This document shows, piece by piece, positions 43,353 through 51,694 of a stretch of 64,000 nucleotides of DNA; the first letter of the stretch is position 1, and every line of letters starts with the position of its first letter. Under the pieces are notes generated by a model. The model had not been told where the DNA came from. It worked only from the letters and a program-made list of their open reading frames with translations, and did no database searches. Origin of the DNA: Candidatus Hydrogenedentota bacterium (GTDB taxonomy: Bacteria; Hydrogenedentota; Hydrogenedentia; Hydrogenedentales; SLHB01). Where the stretch lies: the NCBI GenBank assembly GCA_963668025.2, contig CAXXTH010000018.1, positions 192,001 to 256,000 on the forward strand. The letters are read 5' to 3'. A program made the translations under genes and the position numbers.

Positions 43353-43655
43353 GGGTGTAGCTCTGTTATTACCGCTCCTGGAAGAATATATCATGCGTAC
43401 GTATTGAAGAAATAACGTAAAACCGCCTACCTGTCATCCCCGCGAACGCGGGGATCCAGGGAATTTGCACTGGATTCCCGCTTTCGCGGGAATGACAGCA
43501 AGATAGATTACGGGGTTTTATACAACAAATGCTATTAGGTGGTGAGGCAAATCCACCATGCATTTTGGTTCATCCGCGCGCCCAAGAACGGCTCCAAATA
43601 AGTTGCGGCTATCCCTCGACAAGGCGAACGGAGCGGTAATAACAGAGCTGCACCC
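43353..43655. mobile_element. MITE (303 bp) with 26-bp TIRs and 8-bp target duplication
   Basis: GGGTG(T/C)AGCTCTGTTATTACCGCTCC TIRs; TTTTCTAA at 43345-43352 and 43656-43663. Confidence 0.85.
43431..43498. repeat. dRS3/REP-like double hairpin inside the MITE
   Basis: CTGTCATCCCCGCGAACGCGGGGATCCAG ... CTGGATTCCCGCTTTCGCGGGAATGACAG. Confidence 0.75.
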
Positions 43656-44033
43656 TTTTCTAATAACCTTTGAGCCTTAGCGTCTTTTCGTGTAATAGAA
43701 ATCTAGATTAATTTTACTTATCGCATGAGCCAAAATCATTATGTCCCGCATACTCGTGGCGCGGAAATCCTGAAACACAACGAACGAGTCGTAACTATAT
43801 GCTGAGGAAAAACCTGCTCAAGATGGCCAAAAAGATACCTGATTCTATTCCGCCTCCAATATCATAGAGCCTCCTCCTCCTAATCAGCCGCCTTCTGTTT
43901 CAAAAATAGCCGCCTATTTCCATTTCATTCAAACAAGTAAAAAACCGTAAATATATGTACTTAAAAGACTTACTAGAACTTAGCTTTAAGAAGACAAGGA
44001 TACAGACCGAAAAGAATAAGTATTTCGATTTAT

Positions 44034-44066
44034 ATACTTGACTTTACTCGCTAGGTATGATATTGT
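44034..44066 (+). promoter_or_regulatory. Sigma70 promoter of the nitrogenase-like operon with an overlapping IscR/Rrf2-like site
   Basis: ATAC-TTGACT-N17-TATTGT; ATACTTGAC...AGGTAT resembles the IscR type-1 box. Confidence 0.6.
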
Positions 44067-44110
44067 TTAGTAATCACAAGTAAATAAATCATATTTATCG
44101 GGTTTACGGT

Positions 44111-44992
44111 ATGGCGATCGATCAACAACACACATTCGCACATCTGGTCCGGCGCCATCCGTGCTACAACCCGGAGGCCCATGGGCGGCTTGGACGTATT
44201 CATCTGCCTGTGAGCTCTTCGTGCAACATCCGGTGCCGTTTTTGCCGGCGCTCCTTCAATGCGGAGGAGCATAGGCCGGGGGTAAGCCGGAAAGTGCTGG
44301 CGCCGGAGCAGGCGATGAAGGTGCTCGAACGGGCGTTGCGGCTTTGCCCGGCGATTTCAGTGGTGCGCGTGGCGGGGCCGGGCGAATCGCTGGCGACGGA
44401 GCATGCGCTTATCACGCTTGCTATGGCGCATGAACGCCACCCAGATTTGATTGGGTGCTTAAGTACGAACGGCCTGCGGCTCGCGGAGCATGTGGATGCG
44501 ATAGTGGCGGCAGGCGTATGCACGGTGTCGGTGACCGTCAATGCCGTCGAGCCGGAGATCTTGCAGCATATATGCGGCGGGGTGGAGGACCAAGGGCGTC
44601 TGAAGACGGGCGTAGAAGGAGCGGAAACGCTGATATCGGCGCAGCTCGAGGGAATTCGTTTGGCGGCAGGCCGGGGCCTTGTGGTGAAAACGAATATGGT
44701 GTTGATTCCAGAGGTGAATGATGGCCATGTCGGAGCGGTGGCGCGGACGATGGCGGAAGCGGGCGCGAGCCTGATTAACGTGCTTCCACTCATCCCTGAA
44801 CATGAAATGGCTTATATGCAAGCGCCGGATTGCCATGCAGTGAATGCGGCGCGGGAAGTAGCGGAGCAGTATTTGCCCGTATTCCGGCATTGCCGACAGT
44901 GCAGGGCGGATGCATGCGGGATTCCAGGAGCAGGCGTGGATTTCGCCGAGCAGTTATACGAGCAGCGAGTGGAAACCTTTTCACATGGGTGA
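44111..44992 (+). CDS. nifB: NifB/MarB-like radical SAM cofactor-assembly protein (SAM domain only)
   Basis: HPC, CNIRCRFC, ExRP (EHRP), AGPG, SVTVN, CRQCRADACG. Confidence 0.9.
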   Translation: MAIDQQHTFAHLVRRHPCYNPEAHGRLGRIHLPVSSSCNIRCRFCRRSFNAEEHRPGVSRKVLAPEQAMKVLERALRLCPAISVVRVAGPGESLATEHALITLAMAHERHPDLIGCLSTNGLRLAEHVDAIVAAGVCTVSVTVNAVEPEILQHICGGVEDQGRLKTGVEGAETLISAQLEGIRLAAGRGLVVKTNMVLIPEVNDGHVGAVARTMAEAGASLINVLPLIPEHEMAYMQAPDCHAVNAAREVAEQYLPVFRHCRQCRADACGIPGAGVDFAEQLYEQRVETFSHG

Positions 44993-45001
44993 ATCGAGGA
45001 G

Positions 45002-46477
45002 ATGGTGATTATGCCGCTAGTGAAGCCGGTGGAAACCAGGGAATCGCGTTTACAGTCAACGGTGGCGTATGGGGGCGGATGCCACGGGCTGGCCAATGGC
45101 GGCAAATGCCGTTGCCTGAAGCGCTTGGATAGGCGCTTTTCTCAAGCAACCGTATGCCAGGAATGGTACAGCTTGTTCACGCTGCTGACGGTGCGCAACG
45201 CCGCCGTGGTGGTACATGGGCCGGTGGGATGCGTGAGCAGCGGCGCCACCATGAACATTTTCAGCAGGCTGGGCCAGGAGGCCCGCGGGCATGAAAAAAT
45301 CCGTAGCGCGCGCTGGTTTTCGACCAATTTGGCGGAAATCGACACCATTCATGGCGGCGAGGCGAAACTGCGCGCCACAGTGCATGCCATCGAGCAGCGC
45401 TATCACCCTGAAGCTATTTTCATCTTTACGACGTGCGTGTCTGGAATCATTGGTGATCCGATGGCGGATATCGTGAATCAGCTTCAGGAAGAAGTGCAGG
45501 CGCGGCTGGTCCTCAGCCAATGCGAAGGATTTCGCACATCGGTCTGGGCGACGGGCTTCGATGCGGCGTTTCACGGGATCATTCATTACCTCCTGGAAGA
45601 GCGCCCGGAAAAGGAGCCGGATTTGGTGAATATCATCACACCGCTGACCGTGGGGCGGCTGGATGAATTGGAATTGGAACGATTGCTTCATCAATTGGGC
45701 CTGCGTCCCAATTTCGTACCGTGCTACGCAGGCATTGAAGATTTAAAACGTACGGTAAGCGCGGCGGCGACGGCTGCGGCTTGCTTAACCTATGGCGATT
45801 ATTTCGCACGCGCACTTTCGGAGCGGTATGGCGTGCCCCATATTCGGGAAGTCATGCCATTGGGCATTGCGAGCACGGATCGGTGGCTTCTGGAACTGGC
45901 GCCGCTTTTAGGAAAAGAAGCCGAGGCGGAAGCCTTGATTGCACGGGAGCATGAGCGTATCGCTCCGCGTCTTGAAGAATTGAGGAAACGCTTGGCGGGT
46001 AAGCGGGTGTTTGTCAGCGCGGGACAGGCCCGCGCCACCACGATGGCGGCCATGTCGAAAGAATTGGGCTTCGAGATCGTGGGGGCCACGATTTACCACT
46101 ACGACGAAGTAATTGAACAGAGCATGCAGCGCCTGGCGCAAACGTGCGGCGATTTCGCAGTGAATGTGGCGAATGTGCAGCCGTTCGAGCAGGCGAATTT
46201 GCTCCAGCGGCTGAAACCCGACTTATACATGGCGGATGAGATGACGACGGTATGGGCGGCCCGCCAAGGCATCGCCACAATGATGATCTACGACTATGGC
46301 ATGAATTATTTGGGGTACAACGGCCTTCTGGCCACGGGCGGGCGGATGGCGCAAGCAATGGATAATTCGAGCTTCAATGTGAAGCTGGCCCGGTACAATC
46401 CGCTGCCATACCGCTCATCCTGGTATAACGCGGACCCCTTTAAATACATCACAACGCCAGGAGGCCAGAACATATGA
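45002..46477 (+). CDS. Group IV nitrogenase-like component 1 alpha subunit (NflD/MarD-like)
   Basis: RESRL N-terminus; P-cluster Cys in TVCQE, GPVGC, TTCVSGIIGD; CEGF; AAACLT; LPYR..W...DPF. Confidence 0.9.
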   Translation: MVIMPLVKPVETRESRLQSTVAYGGGCHGLANGGKCRCLKRLDRRFSQATVCQEWYSLFTLLTVRNAAVVVHGPVGCVSSGATMNIFSRLGQEARGHEKIRSARWFSTNLAEIDTIHGGEAKLRATVHAIEQRYHPEAIFIFTTCVSGIIGDPMADIVNQLQEEVQARLVLSQCEGFRTSVWATGFDAAFHGIIHYLLEERPEKEPDLVNIITPLTVGRLDELELERLLHQLGLRPNFVPCYAGIEDLKRTVSAAATAAACLTYGDYFARALSERYGVPHIREVMPLGIASTDRWLLELAPLLGKEAEAEALIAREHERIAPRLEELRKRLAGKRVFVSAGQARATTMAAMSKELGFEIVGATIYHYDEVIEQSMQRLAQTCGDFAVNVANVQPFEQANLLQRLKPDLYMADEMTTVWAARQGIATMMIYDYGMNYLGYNGLLATGGRMAQAMDNSSFNVKLARYNPLPYRSSWYNADPFKYITTPGGQNI

Positions 46478-47784
46478 GCACAGAACAGCATTTGGTCGAG
46501 AATCCCCGGTATTCGTGCGCGCTCGGCGGCGCACTGGCGACGGCCACGGCCATGCACCGGGTGGTGCCCATCCTGCATGGCGGCCCCGGATGCGGGCTCC
46601 AAGTGTATAACGGACAGAATTATGTAGCAGGCTACCAAGGACCGGCGTATATCGGCGGCTCGGCTGTGCCCAGCACGAACACAGTGGAGCGCGAAGTGGT
46701 GTTCGGCGGCGAACAAAAGCTCCATGCGCTGCTCCGCTCCGCCATCGAGCTTATAGATGGCGATTTGTACCTCGTGCTGACCGGTTGCACGGCGGAGATC
46801 ATCGGCGATGATGTAGCGGCCGTGGTGGCGGAATACCGGCGGGAAGGGCGCAACGTGGCTTATGCGGAAACCGGCGGATTCAAAGGTAATACGCTGCTCG
46901 GTTATGAACTGGTGTGGAAGGGGCTGCTGCGCCAAGTCGTGGAGCGGCGTCCTCGCGATCCCAAGCTGGTGAATCTATTTGGCGTCATACCCGCGCAAGA
47001 TATTTTCTGGGAGGGCGGCCTCCAGGAGATCGCCCGGCTGCTCGAAGCGCTCGGCTTGCACGTACATACGTTTTATACCAACCGGCAAGGCGTCGAGGAA
47101 ATAAAGAATTCGTCCGCCGCCGCGCTCAATATCGTGCTAAATCCTTGGCTGGGCGCGGATCTTGCCGCGCAGTATGAAAAAGCGTACAGAGTTCCATCGC
47201 TTCGGTTTGACGGCATGCCGGTGGGCCCCACGGAAACGAGCGCCTTCTTGCGCACCGTGGGGGAAGCGCTTGGCCTGTCCACGGAGGCAGTGAACGCCGT
47301 AATCGAACGTGAAACGCAGGCGGTGTATGACCAATTCGCCAAGGCGTCGCTGGCGGTGACGGGGTTTGGATTCCAGCACCGGGTGGCCATTATTGGAGAA
47401 AGCGGGCCCGCGCTCAATCTGGCGCGCTTTCTTTCCAATGATTTCGGGCAGATTTTAGCCGCCGTGGCGATCACGGACGATCCGCCGGAGCCGGTGCGGG
47501 AGCGGCTGGCCGCGGCACTCGGCTCTTTGGAATTCGGCCCTATTCCAGAAGTGATCTTCACCTCGGAGCAATCCACGATCTGGGAACACATCCGCCAAAC
47601 GGAGCCGACGTACATTATCGGCAGTTCACTCGATAAGGATCTTGCCCAGGAACTGGGGGTGCTGCATCTGAGCGCCACATTCCCAGTCACGGACCGGGTC
47701 GTGCTTAACCGTTCTTACACAGGGTATCGCGGCTGCGTGACCCTGGTGGAAGACTTCATTGCGCAAGCAATCACGGCGTTATGA
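46474..47784 (+). CDS. Group IV nitrogenase-like component 1 beta subunit (NflK/MarK-like)
   Basis: PRYSCALGG, HGGPGCG, PSTN..E.EVVFGG, LTGCTAEIIGDD. Confidence 0.9.
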   Translation: MSTEQHLVENPRYSCALGGALATATAMHRVVPILHGGPGCGLQVYNGQNYVAGYQGPAYIGGSAVPSTNTVEREVVFGGEQKLHALLRSAIELIDGDLYLVLTGCTAEIIGDDVAAVVAEYRREGRNVAYAETGGFKGNTLLGYELVWKGLLRQVVERRPRDPKLVNLFGVIPAQDIFWEGGLQEIARLLEALGLHVHTFYTNRQGVEEIKNSSAAALNIVLNPWLGADLAAQYEKAYRVPSLRFDGMPVGPTETSAFLRTVGEALGLSTEAVNAVIERETQAVYDQFAKASLAVTGFGFQHRVAIIGESGPALNLARFLSNDFGQILAAVAITDDPPEPVRERLAAALGSLEFGPIPEVIFTSEQSTIWEHIRQTEPTYIIGSSLDKDLAQELGVLHLSATFPVTDRVVLNRSYTGYRGCVTLVEDFIAQAITAL

Positions 47785-47932
47785 AGGAGTGGCAAAACTG
47801 AACCTACAAGGAGACGAGTCATGTATGAACGATGTCGAATGCAAACGCTGGGCTTAATGGCGAATCGAACGAAGGAATCTATACGGACGCTGCTCATTCG
47901 ATGGCGCGGACCGGGAACAAGGAGAAAAGAAT

Positions 47933-49378
47933 ATGGGCGTCGCAGTAGCACCTGAAACCATTCGAGCAGAGTCATATGGCCTCAAGGACCAAATCCTCTC
48001 GCCACTCGAGACCTTGGCGCAGTCCATTGCAAACATTGCGCCAACGGCCACGCCGACGGTAGTCATTCCATTGGTGTTTGCCTTATCCGGCAATGGAACC
48101 TGGCTTGCCTACCTCATCGCCACCGTCGCCATGCTGTTTGTGGCGTCGAACATCAACCATTTCGCCCGGCGTTCCGCATCGCCTGGCTCGTTGTACACCT
48201 ATATCGCCACGGGGCTAGGCCCAAGCTGGGGCGTTCTGGCGGGTTGGTCGCTGGTGATCGCGTACATCGGATGCGCATCCGCCGTCACCAGCGGATTCGC
48301 CAATTACGCCAATGTGTTTCTCCTAGCTACGGTGGGATTTGAGCTTCCGCCAGTCCTTTTGATCGCGCTCAGCGTGGCGCTTTCGTGGCTGGTGGCGTAT
48401 AAGGACATCCAGCTTTCCGCACGGCTCATGCTGGTGCTCGAGCTGTCCTCCGTGAGCTTGATCCTGTTGCTGGTGGCCATCACCCTCGTGCGGTTTGGCT
48501 TCCGCCTGGATCTTTCGCAAATCACGCTGGAAGGCGTGACTCCCACGAGCCTTCGCCTGGGCTTGGTGCTCGCCATGTTCAGCTTCGTGGGATTCGAGAG
48601 CGCGACAGCATTGGGCACGGAAGCGCGCAATCCACTGCGCAATATCCCCCGGGCCGTTGTCCTCAGTGCGGTAATCGTCGGAAGCTTGTTTGTGATTGCG
48701 ACGTATGCCGAGGTCATTGGCTTCACGGGTTCTAGCGAGACGCTAGGTGCGAGTTCCGCGCCGCTGCATGTGCTCGCGGAACGAGGAGGAGCGCCTTTCT
48801 TGGGCCTTCTCGTGGACCTAGGCGCGGTGGTGAGCCTGTTCGCATGCACGCTCGCCAGCATCAATGCCGGTGCGCGCGTTCTCTTCCTCATGGGCCGCCA
48901 CGGCATTTTCCATGCTTCCGTGGGCGGCGCGCATGATACGAATGAAACGCCTCACATCGCCGTGACCATTTCCACCGTGCTGGCGTTCCTTCCCGCGGCG
49001 TTCCTCGCCCTGCGCGGCGTCGCCATGTTCGACATTTATGGATGGGTGGGCACTGTTTGCACATTGGGATTCCTGGTGGCGTACGTCATCGTTTCGGTGG
49101 CTGCTCCAGTCTATTTGCGCCGCCGAGGCGAACTACGCCTGCACCATGTGGCGGTGGCTGCGCTGGCCGTGGGCCTTTTGGTCCTGGCTATCGCCGGGAA
49201 CCTCTACCCCGTGCCTCCAGCTCCCCTAAATTGGCTCCCCTATCTGTATTTCGGCCTGCTGCTGTCTGGCGCCGTATGGCTCATGGTGCTGCGCTACTTC
49301 GCACCCAATGTGATCATCCGTATCCAAGATGACGTGGCGGCCATCCGTGAACGGTTCAGTGATGGGGGCGGCATTTGA
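47933..49378 (+). CDS. APC-family amino acid permease
   Basis: ~12 TMs; GSLYTY, FVGFESA, EARNP.RNIPRA, ARVLFLMGR. Confidence 0.92.
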   Translation: MGVAVAPETIRAESYGLKDQILSPLETLAQSIANIAPTATPTVVIPLVFALSGNGTWLAYLIATVAMLFVASNINHFARRSASPGSLYTYIATGLGPSWGVLAGWSLVIAYIGCASAVTSGFANYANVFLLATVGFELPPVLLIALSVALSWLVAYKDIQLSARLMLVLELSSVSLILLLVAITLVRFGFRLDLSQITLEGVTPTSLRLGLVLAMFSFVGFESATALGTEARNPLRNIPRAVVLSAVIVGSLFVIATYAEVIGFTGSSETLGASSAPLHVLAERGGAPFLGLLVDLGAVVSLFACTLASINAGARVLFLMGRHGIFHASVGGAHDTNETPHIAVTISTVLAFLPAAFLALRGVAMFDIYGWVGTVCTLGFLVAYVIVSVAAPVYLRRRGELRLHHVAVAALAVGLLVLAIAGNLYPVPPAPLNWLPYLYFGLLLSGAVWLMVLRYFAPNVIIRIQDDVAAIRERFSDGGGI

Positions 49379-49430
49379 ATTATCCAGCGTGTGCCGAACA
49401 GGCGGAATAAGCCCGAGGAGGATCATCAAA

Positions 49431-49625
49431 ATGGCATATGCACATAATTATGACAATAGGCCTCCAATTTATCGATGGGAACGGCTGTTTAAGCGATTTC
49501 CAAAAAACGAGGCAAAAAACGAGCCGCATATGCTGCGCTCTCTCGAAGACGCCGTGACGCTTGTTCAACAACAGTACCCACACAATACCCGCACTCTCGT
49601 GGTGAAACTGGGTTCACCCGAGTAA
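49431..49625 (+). CDS. Small hypothetical protein (64 aa)
   Basis: GAGGAGG RBS; fills the gap in a co-oriented operon. Confidence 0.5.
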   Translation: MAYAHNYDNRPPIYRWERLFKRFPKNEAKNEPHMLRSLEDAVTLVQQQYPHNTRTLVVKLGSPE

Positions 49626-49631
49626 AGCAGG

Positions 49632-49674
49632 CCTGGCGGGCGGGACTATTGGGGGGTTGGCCCGCCAGGATTTT
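49632..49674 (+). terminator. Possible intra-operon terminator or attenuator hairpin
   Basis: CCTGGCGGGC...GCCCGCCAGG followed by ATTTT. Confidence 0.4.
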
Positions 49675-49706
49675 GGTCAGAAGAGCAAGAACGAAAGGGA
49701 AGTGCC

Positions 49707-51266
49707 ATGACGAAACGAATCTTATTTCTAACGCTGCTGGCCGGACTTTTGCCGCTGCCCGCCATAGCCGAATTGCAGAACGTCGAGATAGGCGGCAAAC
49801 TCCAAATACGTGGGAATTGGTACACCAATTATTTGGCCAGTCCGGATGGAGCCCGCCTGCGGTGGCCTGGCAATTGGCTTGCTGGGCGCGCCATAGGCTC
49901 CTCGGATGGAAGCATCTGGAGCGCCTTTTCCTGGGACAAAGACAGCAATAGCTCCCGCGATGTGAACCAGCGGACCCGGCTAAGCGCCAAGGCCGATTTT
50001 ACAGGTGAGGTGACAGGGCTCATCGAGTTCGACAGTTATGACACCTGGGGTGAGGATTTCCGCTCGAACCACATCACGGGCGCGGATTTTCGCCAAAACT
50101 CGGCGGCGGATGATGTCTCGGTATATCAAGCTTATATCGAGGCGCGCGAATTAGGCGGATTGCCCCTTACGCTCAAAGTCGGGCGGCAGGAAGTGCTGCT
50201 TGGCAGCGGATGGCTTATCGGAACGAATGACACTGGTTCTATTTTCACCGGGCTTTCGTTTGACGCGGTAGCGCTGGTATACGCTCAAGACCCTGTGCAA
50301 ATCGTTGGCTTCTGGGCAAAAGGCTATGATGGCGGCCTTGCGGAAGAAGACGGCGATGTGGACCTCTACGGCGTATACGGCACGTACACCGGGCTTGAGA
50401 ACCAGGCCTTTGATGCGTACTGGATCTTGGGCCGCGATGCGCGCAGTGTCAATGACACCAATTTTAGCTGGGTGGGGGAAACCGTTGAAGGCTTTCTTGG
50501 GCTAGATGACTATAATGTTACCAATCTGCATACGGTCGGCCTCCGCGGAAGTGGCAAGATCGGCGCGTTTGATTATGAAGCGGAAGCCGCATATCAGTTT
50601 GGAGATGCAAGCCAGGAAGGCTCCCTGTTCAAGTTGGGCTTCTATGGCGATGACGATGCTTCTTTTGATGCGCTGGGTGCGAATTTGGAGTTGGGCTACA
50701 CATTCGACACCGCGTGGTCGCCTCGCTTGTTCTTGGGCGGCGCCTATTTCAGCGGTGAAGACAACCGCTCGACATCGTTCTGGGATCAGTTTAATCCCTT
50801 CCGGGAGCCCAAGGCGAGCGTGAGTTTTGACCGCTTGTTCTCGAACTGGGGCTACAGTGAGTTTCTAGATTTCACGGAACTCTCTAACATCTATGTCTTG
50901 AGATCAGGCGTGGTGGCGAAACCCACGGAAGCGCTGACCTTAAAACTGCTCCTCAGCTACTTCAATACGGTCGAGCCCTTTGAAGCCCCTGTAACCTTCA
51001 ATCTGGGTGGTTATCAGATTCCCATTGCTCCAGGCCTGGGGTGGTGGACCAAGGAAAATCCTTCGGATTTGGGCTGGGAGGCCGAGGTTATCGCCAACTA
51101 TCAGTACACCGAAGACCTGTCTTTCGAGGTGGGCTGGGCGCACTTGTTCGTGGGCGACGGCTTAGCCTCGGGCGCGTTTAATTCCAATAATGGACTGGCT
51201 TTTACGGGCGGTTCAGGAAGCGACGACTCAGATTACCTCTATGCGGAGACCAAACTTAAATTCTAG
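49707..51266 (+). CDS. Alginate-export-family outer-membrane beta-barrel
   Basis: Signal peptide then AELQNVEIGG; YQAYIE, KVGRQE..LGSGWLIG, SFDA, DLGWE; C-terminal Phe. Confidence 0.85.
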   Translation: MTKRILFLTLLAGLLPLPAIAELQNVEIGGKLQIRGNWYTNYLASPDGARLRWPGNWLAGRAIGSSDGSIWSAFSWDKDSNSSRDVNQRTRLSAKADFTGEVTGLIEFDSYDTWGEDFRSNHITGADFRQNSAADDVSVYQAYIEARELGGLPLTLKVGRQEVLLGSGWLIGTNDTGSIFTGLSFDAVALVYAQDPVQIVGFWAKGYDGGLAEEDGDVDLYGVYGTYTGLENQAFDAYWILGRDARSVNDTNFSWVGETVEGFLGLDDYNVTNLHTVGLRGSGKIGAFDYEAEAAYQFGDASQEGSLFKLGFYGDDDASFDALGANLELGYTFDTAWSPRLFLGGAYFSGEDNRSTSFWDQFNPFREPKASVSFDRLFSNWGYSEFLDFTELSNIYVLRSGVVAKPTEALTLKLLLSYFNTVEPFEAPVTFNLGGYQIPIAPGLGWWTKENPSDLGWEAEVIANYQYTEDLSFEVGWAHLFVGDGLASGAFNSNNGLAFTGGSGSDDSDYLYAETKLKF

Positions 51267-51279
51267 ATAAGCGCGGAAT

Positions 51280-51325
51280 GGCGGAGCGCCAGGCTTCTTA
51301 ATACGGAAAAGAATGGCGCTCCGCC
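51280..51325. other. Stem-loop after the porin gene
   Basis: GGCGGAGCGCCA...TGGCGCTCCGCC. Confidence 0.5.
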
Positions 51326-51340
51326 CTAAGGAGAAGCGTT

Positions 51341-51679
51341 ATGGCGGTGCGGATTGCTATCACGAGCATAGACAATGTGCTGGTCGAACAGCACTTTGGC
51401 GCAGCGGTGCGTTTTCAAGTATATGAAATCGGAGCAGGTGAATACCGCTTCATAGAAGCGCGCGACACATCGCCTTCTTGTGATCGTGGCGAAACCAACG
51501 CCGCCAGGAGAATCCATCACGTGCTTGATGCGCTTTCAGACTGCACGGCCGTGCTGGCGAGCTGCATAGGCCCATGCGCCGCCCAGGAATTACAGGCGCG
51601 AGGAATGCGCTATTACATCACGTATGAATATATTGAAACAGCACTGAGAAAATTGATAACGCAAAAAGTATTCGCTTAG
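51341..51679 (+). CDS. NifX/NifB-family metallocluster-binding protein
   Basis: RIAITS, QHFGAA..F.VYE, LSDCTAVL..CIG. Confidence 0.88.
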   Translation: MAVRIAITSIDNVLVEQHFGAAVRFQVYEIGAGEYRFIEARDTSPSCDRGETNAARRIHHVLDALSDCTAVLASCIGPCAAQELQARGMRYYITYEYIETALRKLITQKVFA

Positions 51680-51694
51680 CGGAAAGGGGTTGCA

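Noticed and set aside
47821-47955. 44-aa ORF between nflK and the permease
   Set aside because: Has an RBS-like sequence but overlaps the permease start and shows no recognisable features; unsupported.
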